From a virus (taxonomy: Duplodnaviria > Caudoviricetes), in the IMG/VR virus record IMGVR_UViG_3300030606_000018, positions 1 to 41,872 of that record: a stretch of 41,872 nucleotides of DNA; one strand, 5' to 3'. Both the position numbers and the translations under genes were made by a program. Shown piece by piece: positions 26,552 through 35,691 of this stretch (position 1 is its first letter; each line of letters begins with the position of its first letter). The notes below the pieces were generated by a model. The model did not search any database, was not told the origin of the DNA, and was given only the letters and a program-made list of their open reading frames with translations.

Positions 26552-28401
26552 CCGCCCTCGAGCACGCCCTAGAGTACCTGCGGCGGGGCTGGTCGCCTGT
26601 GCCGCTGGCCCGAGGGACGAAGGGGCCGCCGGCCGGCTTCACTCTGGCCCCGTACCTGGCCGGCAAGTCCCGGCTCACGGAGGCCGAGGCCGCGGTGTGG
26701 TGGGCCGAGGGCTCCGAGTACGGGGTCGGGATAGTCACGGGCCGGCCCTCTGGCCTCGTCGTCATCGACGTCGACCCGCGGAACGGCGGCGACATTCGGG
26801 CGGTCCGGGAGAGGCTGGGCGACGGGCCGCTGCATGTCGTTCAGTCAGGAGGTGGGGGCTGGCATATTTACTGCCGCCTCCCGGACGGCCTGGCCTGCCC
26901 CAAAGGCAAGACCGACATGCCCGGCGTCGACCGGCTGGGCGACCGTGGCATCGTCGTGGCGCCCCCGTCCGTCCACCCAAGCGGCGACCCCTATTACGTT
27001 CTGGAGGACGGCCCCCTCATCGTCATGCCTCCGTGGCTGTTCTCGAGCGCTGCGAGCGTTCTCAGCAATAGCCCTGCCCCTGGGGAGCCATCCGGCCCCT
27101 CATCGCCTCCTGCGGGCTCTCAGAGCGAAACAGAGGCATCCTCGCGTGAGCCCTGGATCGCTTCAGTCCTGGCCGACCCGGCCTCGATTCTGCCCGGCTC
27201 ACAACACGATACGCTGTGTCGTCTGGCATGGTGGGCTGCTGGGAGCCTCGAGGAAGACATTGGGCAGGCCTTGGTCCAGTCTGTCGCCGACCGGCTCCCG
27301 CTCAGTGACCCCTCGAGGCCTTGGACGAGCCGTGACGTCGAGGGGCTGGTCCAGTCGGCCTATGATAGGCGGAAGCCCGAGGGGAAGGTCTTGGGGCTCG
27401 TCGCGGACGGGGATGGCCCGCAGGAACGGGTCCCCCTCTTCGAGCTGGACGTGGACCCGGCCACCTTCGGGTCGTCAGTCGACGATGACACGGCTTGGCT
27501 CGTGCCCGGCCTGATTGCCGAGGCCAGCCAGACACAGGTTGTCGGGACACCCAAGGCCGGCAAGTCGACGCTGCTGGGCACGCTGGTCCGGTCGCTGGCG
27601 TTCGGGGAGCCGTTCCTGGGGAAAGACGTGCCCGAGGCCTCGGTCCTGTGGGTCTCAGAGCAGGACGGGCTCAGCCTGAAGGAGACGCTGGCTCGGGCCG
27701 GGCTCATGGCCGACGACCAGCGCCTCGAGCGCGTCCGCATCATCCGCCGCGGCCTCTTGATCGGGCGCCGCTGGTCCGACGTGGTCCGAGACCTGACCGA
27801 GATCGTCCGGCGCCGCCGCGTCAGGGTCGTGCTCATCGACACCCTCTTCGGGCTGGCCGGCGTCCGGGGCGAGGACGAGAACAAGGCCGGCATCATCCAC
27901 GACGTCCTGGCCCCGTTCGATGCGATCTTGGCCCTTGGGGCGGCGGTCGTGTACGGGCGCCACTCGAACCGGCAGGCTGACACGAGCAAGTCGACCGACC
28001 CGTTCCTCTCGGGCCGCGGCTCGAGCGCCGTGGACGGGGCAGTCGACTCGGGCATCCTCGTTCGGAAAGAGACCGAGGGCACGAGGCTCATCTACTGGGC
28101 CGGCCGGTTCGGGGAAGAGGGCCGTATGCGGATCGAGTACCGGGACGGGCTGTATGTCCCCTCGGAGAACCAGGAGGCCCGGCCCCCGCAGTCCGTCGAC
28201 CGGACGATGGATGAGGTGCTGACGGCCGTTCCCTTCGTGGGCGCCATCTCTCAGCGGGCCATCGAAGAGGCGACGGGCATTTCGCAAAGCACCGTCCATA
28301 GACGGTTGGCGCGGCTGGTCTCCGAGGGGTCGGTCGAACGGGTCGTGGACGGGTACCGCCGCCGACCCGAGGCTGGATCGGTCGAAGGGCTCGAGGGGTG
28401 A
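26548..28401 (+). CDS. Bifunctional primase/polymerase fused to RepA-like AAA helicase with C-terminal wHTH
   Basis: LVVIDVD, GGGWHIY, VVAPPSVH; Walker A GTPKAGKS, Walker B VLIDT, GRGSSA; ISQSTVHRRL. Confidence 0.92.
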   Translation: MTALEHALEYLRRGWSPVPLARGTKGPPAGFTLAPYLAGKSRLTEAEAAVWWAEGSEYGVGIVTGRPSGLVVIDVDPRNGGDIRAVRERLGDGPLHVVQSGGGGWHIYCRLPDGLACPKGKTDMPGVDRLGDRGIVVAPPSVHPSGDPYYVLEDGPLIVMPPWLFSSAASVLSNSPAPGEPSGPSSPPAGSQSETEASSREPWIASVLADPASILPGSQHDTLCRLAWWAAGSLEEDIGQALVQSVADRLPLSDPSRPWTSRDVEGLVQSAYDRRKPEGKVLGLVADGDGPQERVPLFELDVDPATFGSSVDDDTAWLVPGLIAEASQTQVVGTPKAGKSTLLGTLVRSLAFGEPFLGKDVPEASVLWVSEQDGLSLKETLARAGLMADDQRLERVRIIRRGLLIGRRWSDVVRDLTEIVRRRRVRVVLIDTLFGLAGVRGEDENKAGIIHDVLAPFDAILALGAAVVYGRHSNRQADTSKSTDPFLSGRGSSAVDGAVDSGILVRKETEGTRLIYWAGRFGEEGRMRIEYRDGLYVPSENQEARPPQSVDRTMDEVLTAVPFVGAISQRAIEEATGISQSTVHRRLARLVSEGSVERVVDGYRRRPEAGSVEGLEG

Positions 28402-28542
28402 GTCACCTCGGGCTAGAGGGTTCACCGACCCACCCACCTAGGGTATTTCATACGACCCTAGGGTGGGTTGGGTCAGTGACCCTCAACAAAATCAAGGACT
28501 TAGAGTAGAGCAGGCCCTATGTGATTCACGGGGGTGAATCAC
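28398..28542. other. Candidate replication origin
   Basis: Imperfect 69-bp palindrome 28416-28484, three GTGANTCAC palindromes, IHF consensus AATCAAGGACTTA at 28490-28502. Confidence 0.55.
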
Positions 28543-28565
28543 CCAAACCGCAAGGAGAGTGATAC

Positions 28566-29057
28566 GTGCAAACAAAAGTTAGCGCCTCCGTGGCCGCCCT
28601 CACCTGTGACCCCACTGTGGACGACCTGGCCCGGCGCGTCCAGGCCCTCGAGGCCCGGGTCGCGCGCCTCGCGGGCGAGCTGGCCGACCTGTACGAGGGC
28701 CACCGCGATCGGCTGGACCGACACGGGGAGCGCCTGGACGTCCTGGCCGGGCGCATCCAGACCCTTCGAACCCCTGGGGACCTGCTGATGCTGACCCGAG
28801 ACGACCTGCGCGCCCTCTTCGCCGCGGCCGAGCGCGCCCGCGACGTCCACGCAACCATCCCCCTCGTGTTCGACAGGGCCGAATCTATGATCGTGGAGCA
28901 TGACCGGCACCGGGAGGCCCACTCCGACTCGGTCCCGTGGCCGCCGTTTCGCCCTGGCCTCGAGAGGGCCGCTGACCCGGACCCGCTCGACAACCACTTG
29001 AACGACGAGGAGCGATGCGCCCTCGGACTGATGCCCTCCATGGGCAGGAAGGACTGA
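28566..29057 (+). CDS. Coiled-coil hypothetical protein
   Basis: AAGGAG RBS; heptad pattern. Confidence 0.6.
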   Translation: MQTKVSASVAALTCDPTVDDLARRVQALEARVARLAGELADLYEGHRDRLDRHGERLDVLAGRIQTLRTPGDLLMLTRDDLRALFAAAERARDVHATIPLVFDRAESMIVEHDRHREAHSDSVPWPPFRPGLERAADPDPLDNHLNDEERCALGLMPSMGRKD

Positions 29058-29059
29058 CC

Positions 29060-29665
29060 GTGCCCACGAAACGACACATTGCCCGCCTCCAAGCGCTGGG
29101 CGCCTGCTCCGAGGCCGGAGCGTTTGCCGCCGGTTTCCCCTCACTCCGCGCAGCCTGGCAAGCATGTCCACGGCCAGACTGGCTCCTCTGGTACGCGGGC
29201 CGGGCGAACGTTTCGCGCCGCACGCTGACCCTCGTGGCCTGCGCCTGCGCCCGGGATGCCCTGAAGCACGTGGCGCCAGGAGAGGGGCGGCCATTGGCGG
29301 CCATAGAGGCGGCCGAGCAGTGGGCCCGCCGCGAGGGCGTGACTCTGGAGCAGGTGCGCAAGGCCGCCGCCAACGCCACCGCCTACGCCGCCAACGTCAC
29401 CGCCAACGCCGCCAACGCCGCCAACGCCGCCGCCAACGCCGCCTACGCCGCCTACGCCGCCTACGCCGCCGCCAACGCCGCCTACGCCGCCGCCACCGCC
29501 GCCGCCAGCGCCGCCTACGCCGCCGCCACCGCCGACGACGACGCCGACGACGCCGCCGACGCCTACGCCTACGACGAGCCGCGCCGACGCCTTTGCGACA
29601 TCATCCGCCAGACATGGCCGGTCCCCCCTCGGGTCCGGCCCAAGCAGACGAAGGAGAACGACTAG
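29060..29665 (+). CDS. Imm5-like helical protein with Ala-rich repeat tract
   Basis: LGAC..A, DWLLW, ACACAR..L...RPLAAIEAAEQW, then (A/N/Y/T/D) low-complexity tract. Confidence 0.7.
   Translation: MPTKRHIARLQALGACSEAGAFAAGFPSLRAAWQACPRPDWLLWYAGRANVSRRTLTLVACACARDALKHVAPGEGRPLAAIEAAEQWARREGVTLEQVRKAAANATAYAANVTANAANAANAAANAAYAAYAAYAAANAAYAAATAAASAAYAAATADDDADDAADAYAYDEPRRRLCDIIRQTWPVPPRVRPKQTKEND
29363..29575 (+). repeat. 71 consecutive NNC codons (GCC/AAC/TAC/GAC/ACC/AGC/GTC)
   Basis: Read directly from sequence. Confidence 0.95.
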
Positions 29666-30435
29666 TGCCCACGCAACCGTACAAGAATCAGGCCGGCACC
29701 CGTGTGCCCGGCGTCACCACCGTCATCGGCGGCAATCTGGGGTGGTCGAAGGACGGCCTCATGTTCTGGGCCAACAAGATGGGGCTGCAGGGCCTCTCCC
29801 TGAACGACGCGAGGCAGAACCCGGCCAACAAGGCCGCGGCGACTGGCACCGTCGTTCACGACATGATCGAGGAGACGATTCACGGCCGAAGCTCCGACGT
29901 CGTCCTGGAGCGGGCATCCGACGACCCGACCTTCTCACCTGAGCAGGTCCAGGCCGCCCGCGACGCCTTCGAGGGCTTCCGATACTGGTATGCCAGCTCT
30001 CGGCTGCGCATCATCGCGACTGAAGTGTGGGGCGTAGACGAGGGCTACCAGACCGGCTATTGCGCCGACGCCTTGGCGGTAGAGCCGGGTCTCGACGGGA
30101 AGGACGACCAGCTCGTCCTCGTCGACTGGAAGACCTCGAGTGGCACCTACGAGGATCACGTCATCCAAGTGGCCGCCTACGTCGCTCTCATAGAGCGGCT
30201 GCTGAAGGAGGGACGGGCGTTCAACGGCGGGGAGTGGGATGCTAAGGCGCTCGCTCCCTACCTAGGCACCGACGTTCAGATGGGCGCCGCCCACGTCCTG
30301 CGAGTCGACAAAGAGACGGGCATGTTCTCACACAAGCGCTGGTTCCGCACCCACCTCGAGCAGGCCTGGTCCGCCTTCACCCACCTACGGGCCCTGCACA
30401 AGATGCGGACCGGCATCCGGGCCATGTGTAAGTAG
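29665..30435 (+). CDS. PD-(D/E)XK exonuclease
   Basis: VPGVTTVIG, GTVVH, IATE, ADAL, VDWKTS, QVAAY; AAGGAG RBS before GTG 29665. Confidence 0.88.
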   Translation: MPTQPYKNQAGTRVPGVTTVIGGNLGWSKDGLMFWANKMGLQGLSLNDARQNPANKAAATGTVVHDMIEETIHGRSSDVVLERASDDPTFSPEQVQAARDAFEGFRYWYASSRLRIIATEVWGVDEGYQTGYCADALAVEPGLDGKDDQLVLVDWKTSSGTYEDHVIQVAAYVALIERLLKEGRAFNGGEWDAKALAPYLGTDVQMGAAHVLRVDKETGMFSHKRWFRTHLEQAWSAFTHLRALHKMRTGIRAMCK

Positions 30436-30452
30436 GAGGCGCGAGTCACTAA

Positions 30453-31133
30453 ATGAGGACAAATATGCACCTGTGTTCTAGTCAGCCAGCACCAGCAATT
30501 ACCTTCGTCCCGGGGGACGTGTTTACGGTCGATCTGCCACAGAAGTCATTTCAGATGGTCTATGCAGACCCGCCCTATGCCGGGTGCCGGTTCAAGTACG
30601 CACGGAAAAACAACTCGAGGCAGTGGGGCATCAACCCGCGTGCCGACTTCCTTCGGGAGCTGATCGCCCGGATGGAGTGTCTTCGTGCCCCGGACGGGGT
30701 CTGTGCCATCTCCACGGCAACGCCAGAACTCCGGTTGCTGCACCTGTTTCCTACCGATGCACGGGTCTGTGCCTGGGTAAAGAACTGGGCACAGTTTCGT
30801 CCGGGTGTCTGGCCGACATTTGCCTGGGAGCCCCTGGTTGTTTGGGGGAAACGGCCCTCGTGGCGTGACGCGGGAGGAATAGCGGGGGCTGCGCGTCCCG
30901 GAGGGGTCCCATTCGACTGGTTGCTGTGTAATCCGACACCGCGCCGGGGGACCCGAAACCACGAGACTCCAAAGCCTGATGGGTTTGGCCCGTGGGTGTG
31001 CGATGTGGCGCTTGGGAACCGTACGGGACAGGTCTGCGAGCTTTTTGCTGGGACCTGGCCGATTGCAGAGGCTGCTGTACATCGTGGGTGTACAGCGACA
31101 GCCGTCGATCTGGTGAATTTCAGGGCCGCGTAA
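30453..31133 (+). CDS. Beta-class N4-C/N6-A DNA methyltransferase
   Basis: YADPPY precedes HETPKP and ELFAGT; visibly lower GC than neighbours. Confidence 0.8.
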   Translation: MRTNMHLCSSQPAPAITFVPGDVFTVDLPQKSFQMVYADPPYAGCRFKYARKNNSRQWGINPRADFLRELIARMECLRAPDGVCAISTATPELRLLHLFPTDARVCAWVKNWAQFRPGVWPTFAWEPLVVWGKRPSWRDAGGIAGAARPGGVPFDWLLCNPTPRRGTRNHETPKPDGFGPWVCDVALGNRTGQVCELFAGTWPIAEAAVHRGCTATAVDLVNFRAA

Positions 31134-31137
31134 GCTG

Positions 31138-31178
31138 GCAAGCCAGTGCTTGCAATCCCAGGCCGACTCCGGTACAGT
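31138..31178 (+). promoter_or_regulatory. Second operator-overlapped promoter
   Basis: Same GCAAGCCAGTGCTTGCAATC element and TTGCAA-N17-TACAGT as at 26208. Confidence 0.75.
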
Positions 31179-31231
31179 ACCAAGAATCACAGGCCCTCGG
31201 GCCTAAACCCAAGAAAAGAGGAGACGAGAGA

Positions 31232-31693
31232 GTGAGCGAAATTTCGAGCGAGATTCAGACCGGCGCTCTGACCCCGGACCAGATTCCCGACCAGGTCGGC
31301 ACGTTCAAGGCGCCGGGCGGGGGAGAGTCGACCTTCAAGGGTGACTTCACCGAGGGTATCAACGGCCTGACGTGCGTCAACCTCGAGGCCAAGAAGGTGC
31401 CCGAGTTCAACAATCCAAACGTCCTGGTCGAGAAGCTGGTCTTCACCTTCACGCTGGACGGGCACGAGAGCCAGGGCGTCTTGGCCAAGCGGACTAGCTT
31501 CTCGCTGCACGAGAAGTCGAACCTGCCCAAGATCGCCAAGGCCCTCGAGACTACCGTCGAAGCCGGTGCCCCGATCAAGCGTTCGGACTTCGTCAGTAAG
31601 AAGTGCAAGTGCCTGATCGAGGCCATCACGAAGACGCGGGACGACGGGACGGTAAGCCGGTACCCGCGGATCGCCGCTTTCATCAAGGCGTAA
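31232..31693 (+). CDS. Putative ssDNA-binding (OB-fold-like) protein
   Basis: GAGGAG RBS; KLVFTF, SLHEKSNL, YPRI pattern; own promoter in replication module. Confidence 0.55.
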   Translation: MSEISSEIQTGALTPDQIPDQVGTFKAPGGGESTFKGDFTEGINGLTCVNLEAKKVPEFNNPNVLVEKLVFTFTLDGHESQGVLAKRTSFSLHEKSNLPKIAKALETTVEAGAPIKRSDFVSKKCKCLIEAITKTRDDGTVSRYPRIAAFIKA

Positions 31694-31832
31694 GCCCCGA
31701 CCCGCAACCGACTACCCTGGCCCACGGACGGGCCAGGAGGTTTCTATGAGAACGAAAGCTGTGGCACTACGCCGTCGTGGACGAGTACGGCGACCGCGTA
31801 AGCGACGTGGAGCGGCAGGAGGACCCGCAGGG

Positions 31833-32078
31833 ATGAAGGCCCTGACGTGCGCGTGCGGGCGGTCGCTGTGGACGAGAGGCGACCGCGAACGCGGGACGTG
31901 TGCAACCTGTTACGTCGCGTCATGGTCCCTGGAGAAGCGGCAGGCATTCCAGCGCGGCATCGCGCTCGCGGTACGCCGTGCGGGCGGTGAGTCCGTGCCT
32001 GACAGCGCGTTCGATCGGGCAGTGCAGGACATGCTGAAACACAGCGACGTGCAGTCCGGAGAGGAGCCGCAGGGATGA
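31833..32078 (+). CDS. Small Cys-rich (CxC, CxxC) protein
   Basis: Starts at the ATG within junction repeat 1. Confidence 0.6.
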   Translation: MKALTCACGRSLWTRGDRERGTCATCYVASWSLEKRQAFQRGIALAVRRAGGESVPDSAFDRAVQDMLKHSDVQSGEEPQG

Positions 32079-32299
32079 GCGTTACGACACCTGGCGAAGG
32101 ACGCCGTGTCGATCTGTTGCCGTGCCCGTTTTGCGGCGGCTCGGCGGCAATCGAGCCGTGGCACGGCGGTGGACCCCGGAAGCGGCACGTGGGGTGCGAC
32201 AATGAAGCGTGCCCTATCCGACCGGGCGTTACCGGGTGCACGGCGGCAGTCGCGGTCCACCGTTGGAACACGCGGCGCGGAGAGGAGCCGCAGGGATGA
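32075..32299 (+). CDS. lar: Lar-family restriction alleviation protein
   Basis: LLPCPFCGG...C....C...AVHRWNTR. Confidence 0.82.
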   Translation: MSVTTPGEGRRVDLLPCPFCGGSAAIEPWHGGGPRKRHVGCDNEACPIRPGVTGCTAAVAVHRWNTRRGEEPQG

Positions 32300-32943
32300 C
32301 ACCAGACGAGGCGATTCGCTTCTGCGCCGAGAATGCTCACGACTCACTCCTGCCGCTCAACAGTGTGGCGAGCTGCATTGCCCAGCTCGTGCGACACGCT
32401 AATTGGCCTCGGTGCCCGGACTGTTACGCCGAACTGCAAGACCGTGGCTATGGCGGATCGGGCCACTACGACGGGTCAGGTCTGGTGTGTCCCATGTGCA
32501 AGTTGCAAGACCAGCGAGACCAGCTCGTGCGGGAGCGGGACGAGGCGCTGGCGCGGGTGGCCGAGTTGGAGGAAAGCGCGGTTCGGGTCGGACGGGAGCG
32601 AGACGAGGCGCGCGAGTCGTCACGACGCAAAGACGTCGAGCTGCGCCACTACGAGAGTATTCTGGTGCTTGACCGGCGCACGGTGCTGCCGTCACGGCGC
32701 GACAACGGCGAGCCGGACGCCGCCTATGCAGTCAGTCCCAAGAAGCTGGGCGACGTGCTGGACGAGCGCGACGCCGCCGTGGCCCGCGTGTGCCCACCCG
32801 ACGTGCGGGAGGCGAGTCGCGCCTGTGCAGACGCCTGCGGCTGCCGGTGCCGGTGCCGAGACGAGGAGCGAGCCGGCGAGTGCGAGGCGTGCCGTGTCCG
32901 TGCCTGGCTCAACCAGATCAAGGAGACCCCCGATGCCGACTAA
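32296..32943 (+). CDS. Hypothetical Cys-rich coiled-coil protein
   Basis: Starts in junction repeat 3; CPDC/CPMC, repeated ERDEA. Confidence 0.6.
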   Translation: MTPDEAIRFCAENAHDSLLPLNSVASCIAQLVRHANWPRCPDCYAELQDRGYGGSGHYDGSGLVCPMCKLQDQRDQLVRERDEALARVAELEESAVRVGRERDEARESSRRKDVELRHYESILVLDRRTVLPSRRDNGEPDAAYAVSPKKLGDVLDERDAAVARVCPPDVREASRACADACGCRCRCRDEERAGECEACRVRAWLNQIKETPDAD

Positions 32944-33238
32944 CACCCCCACTTTTCCGACGATCCACGAGGCCCGCGCCTGGTTCGACAAGAATGGTCG
33001 GCGGCGGTTCAGACGAGGATGCACCGATCGGTGTGCCCTCGCGGCGATGCTGGTAGACGTACATCGGAAGACGGTGTGGGTGGGGAACTGTAGAACGTGG
33101 TTAGCCGGGGCGGAAGTTTCGACCCCGCGATGGGCCAGGCACCTTATCAGCCACTTTGACAGGCCCGGCTCCGCACACGGCACCGGCCGCGAGTGCGTGC
33201 GGATCATCGACGCCTTGCTCGAGGAAGGACACAAATGA
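32933..33238 (+). CDS. Hypothetical protein
   Basis: AAGGAG RBS before ATG 32933. Confidence 0.55.
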   Translation: MPTNTPTFPTIHEARAWFDKNGRRRFRRGCTDRCALAAMLVDVHRKTVWVGNCRTWLAGAEVSTPRWARHLISHFDRPGSAHGTGRECVRIIDALLEEGHK

Positions 33239-33387
33239 CCCGCGAAGACTTACTCTCCCTGTTCACAGCCGCAGCCTTCATCGGTGCCCTGGTCAACCGA
33301 CTCACGGCCGAGCAGGCAGCCGAATCGGCTCTCGTGGCCGGTCGCACCATGTTCGACCGATACGAGTCGCAGACGACCCGGAGATAG
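33235..33387 (+). CDS. Small hypothetical protein
   Basis: ATGA overlap, AAGGA RBS. Confidence 0.5.
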   Translation: MTREDLLSLFTAAAFIGALVNRLTAEQAAESALVAGRTMFDRYESQTTRR

Positions 33388-33390
33388 CTA

Positions 33391-33699
33391 GTGGCCTTCG
33401 TGACTAATCGGCCCGCAGTCCCCGACCAGACTCCCTGGTCTATCATCCAGTTGAAGCGGCGGGCACGCGAGCTGGCCCGGTCTCTCGGCCACTCCCTCGA
33501 GCGCTTCCGCCACTTCCAGGACGAGGGACTGACGGGACGCCGTCCCGATTACTGGTTCACGTACTGTGTCTCGTGCACGTGGCCTGTCGCCGTGTCCCCC
33601 TGTCGCTGGGGCACGCACACTATCGGTGGCCGAGGCACCCGCGACGAGTGCCCGAACCCCGCCCCCTCCTTCGAGTCTGAGGACATCGACGATGTTTGA
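33391..33699 (+). CDS. Hypothetical protein (H/CxxC/C)
   Basis: Fills operon gap. Confidence 0.5.
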   Translation: MAFVTNRPAVPDQTPWSIIQLKRRARELARSLGHSLERFRHFQDEGLTGRRPDYWFTYCVSCTWPVAVSPCRWGTHTIGGRGTRDECPNPAPSFESEDIDDV

Positions 33700-33792
33700 C
33701 CCGCGCGACCACGACCTGGAAACGGTCCTGGCCCTGCTAGGCGCGGCCGGCCTGATTCTGGCCCTCGTGACAAGCACGCCCGTCCTGCACTG

Positions 33793-35691
33793 ATGAGCGC
33801 CCCTTCCACATGCCTGCCCGCGTGCCTTGTGACACCGGGCCGAGTCGAGTCGGCCTTGCGAAGGCTGATCGAAATCCCGGACCCGGTCATCGACCTGGAG
33901 ACGACGGGATTGCGGCCGTGGACGGGCGACCGGCTTATCGGCATCGCCACAGAGGCCGGCTATTTCCCGTTTCGACACGAGGCAGACGAATCGCTCAATT
34001 TGCCTGCCTCAGTCCTAGATGCGGTTTTACGGCTGGTCAAGAAGGCCGGGATAATGGTCGGCCATAACTCGGCTCGGTTTGACTCGATGATGATCGCCCA
34101 AGAGGCGGGAGGCGCCTACGTCCTGGACGGGACGTTCGAGCACCGGGATACGATGATCGACGCGATCTTGGCCAATGAGAACGAGCTTAGCTTCTCTCTG
34201 GATCGCCTCGGGCAGAAATACTTGGGGGCGGCCGAGAAGGGGGAGCAGAAGAAGGCGCTCATGCAGGCCTTGAAGACGGCGAACCCGGGCGAGCGGAAGG
34301 CCCGCGTCTTGATGGGGCGGCTGGCCTCCCTGTCTCCGGCGCAAGTCGCCCCGTACGCTCAAGCCGACGTCCAGGACACGCGAGGCCTGCGCCGCGTCTA
34401 CGCAGAGCACCACGCCAGGTGGGGCCTCGAGCAAATCTGCCGCGAGACTAATGCCTACGCCGGCCTCCTGGCCCGCATGTCTCTGCGCGGCGTTCGCGTC
34501 GACCTGGAGCTGGCAAGCCAGCGCAAGCAGCAAGCCTCGGAGAAGCAGGAGGCGGTCGCCCTCGAGATTCGGAAGATCGCGCCCGGCCTGAATCCGGGCA
34601 GCCCGAAGCAGGTAGCCAAGCACCTGGGCTACTCCTCTGCGGACCGGCAAGCCCTCGAATCCCTGTCACACCCGCTGGCTCCCCTGGTCCTCGAGCACCG
34701 CCGCCTCGGCAAACTGGCCAGCACCTATTATGAGGGCGTCCTGCGCGGGGCCGACGCGAGCGGGGTCGTGCATCCGCAGTTCAACCTGGCCCCAGACCCG
34801 CAAGGGCGGGGTGGCACGCGGACTAGCCGACTCTCGTGCTCGAACCCAAACTTGCAAAACGTGCCCAAGCGGGCCGCGATCGACGATGTCTCGGCCGTCC
34901 GAGACCTGTTCATCGCGCGGCCTGGGATGACACTCGTGGCCTGCGACTACGAGCGGGCGGAAGTGTGGCTGGCCGCCCACTACTCGAGAGATGAGCGGCT
35001 GTCCGAGGCCTACTACGAGGACCGGGACTTGTACCGGGAGCTGGCCGCCCGCTCGTTCGAAATCCCCCTCGAGCAAGTCTCGTCCGAGCACCGCACGTCT
35101 TCGAAGGCCGACTTTCTCGCCATCCAGTACGGCGTCGGCGCCCAGAAGATCGCCCGCAAGTACGGCTGGGAGTTCACCGGCCTGGACGAGCTGGTCGAGA
35201 GGTTCGATAGGCCCGTCGAGGCGTGGGGCGACCCGGAGTGGCGCACGTACTTCGCGCTGAACAAGTCGGCTCGCTTGAAGCGATCGTTCTTCGACATGTT
35301 CCCCGGCATCAAGTCGAAGATGAAGCTGTGCGAGGGGCTGGCCCGAGGGGGCACCCTGCGCCTGTGGACGGGCCGCATCCTGCACTTCGATGGCCGGCGC
35401 GCGCTGCCGTTCGCCGCCTGGAACGGCCTCTTGCAGGGGGGAGTCGCAGAGATGCTGCGGCTCGCCATGCAGCGGCTAGAGGAACCCTTGCGCCGGCTCG
35501 GAGCGCACATGGTGCTGACAGTCCACGACGAGCTGGTCACTGAGAGCCCGACCGACGCAGTCCCGGAGGTGGTTCGACTGAAGCGGAAGACCATGACCAA
35601 CTTCGATTTCTGGCTGCACCCTCGTGTCGACGTCTCAGTGGGTCAGAGATATGGGCGCCTACAACCATACTCAGGAGAGGTATCAAGATGA
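33793..35691 (+). CDS. polA: Family A DNA polymerase with 3'-5' exonuclease, no 5' nuclease
   Basis: DLETTG, HNSARFD, YAQAD; TRTSRLSCSNPNLQN; motif A CDYERAE, motif B RTSSKADFLAIQYG, motif C VHDE. Confidence 0.95.
   Translation: MSAPSTCLPACLVTPGRVESALRRLIEIPDPVIDLETTGLRPWTGDRLIGIATEAGYFPFRHEADESLNLPASVLDAVLRLVKKAGIMVGHNSARFDSMMIAQEAGGAYVLDGTFEHRDTMIDAILANENELSFSLDRLGQKYLGAAEKGEQKKALMQALKTANPGERKARVLMGRLASLSPAQVAPYAQADVQDTRGLRRVYAEHHARWGLEQICRETNAYAGLLARMSLRGVRVDLELASQRKQQASEKQEAVALEIRKIAPGLNPGSPKQVAKHLGYSSADRQALESLSHPLAPLVLEHRRLGKLASTYYEGVLRGADASGVVHPQFNLAPDPQGRGGTRTSRLSCSNPNLQNVPKRAAIDDVSAVRDLFIARPGMTLVACDYERAEVWLAAHYSRDERLSEAYYEDRDLYRELAARSFEIPLEQVSSEHRTSSKADFLAIQYGVGAQKIARKYGWEFTGLDELVERFDRPVEAWGDPEWRTYFALNKSARLKRSFFDMFPGIKSKMKLCEGLARGGTLRLWTGRILHFDGRRALPFAAWNGLLQGGVAEMLRLAMQRLEEPLRRLGAHMVLTVHDELVTESPTDAVPEVVRLKRKTMTNFDFWLHPRVDVSVGQRYGRLQPYSGEVSR

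Larger units (their letters stand above)
31801..32299 (+). repeat. Three gene-junction direct repeats (GAGGASCCGCAGGGATGA)
   Basis: Copies end at 31836, 32078 and 32299; 22 bp identical at 32057-32078 and 32278-32299. Confidence 0.92.

Noticed and set aside
29363-29575. Complete DGR
   Set aside because: No reverse transcriptase, Avd or second template copy seen in the window; kept only as a signature.
29164-29664. Arg-rich N-terminal extension of the exonuclease ORF
   Set aside because: Alternate-frame reading of the GCC-rich tract; the real start is GTG 29665 with AAGGAG.
31801-32299. CRISPR mini-array or integron attC sites
   Set aside because: The spacers are about 200-bp genes, and the repeats are non-palindromic coding junctions with no GTTRRRY cores.
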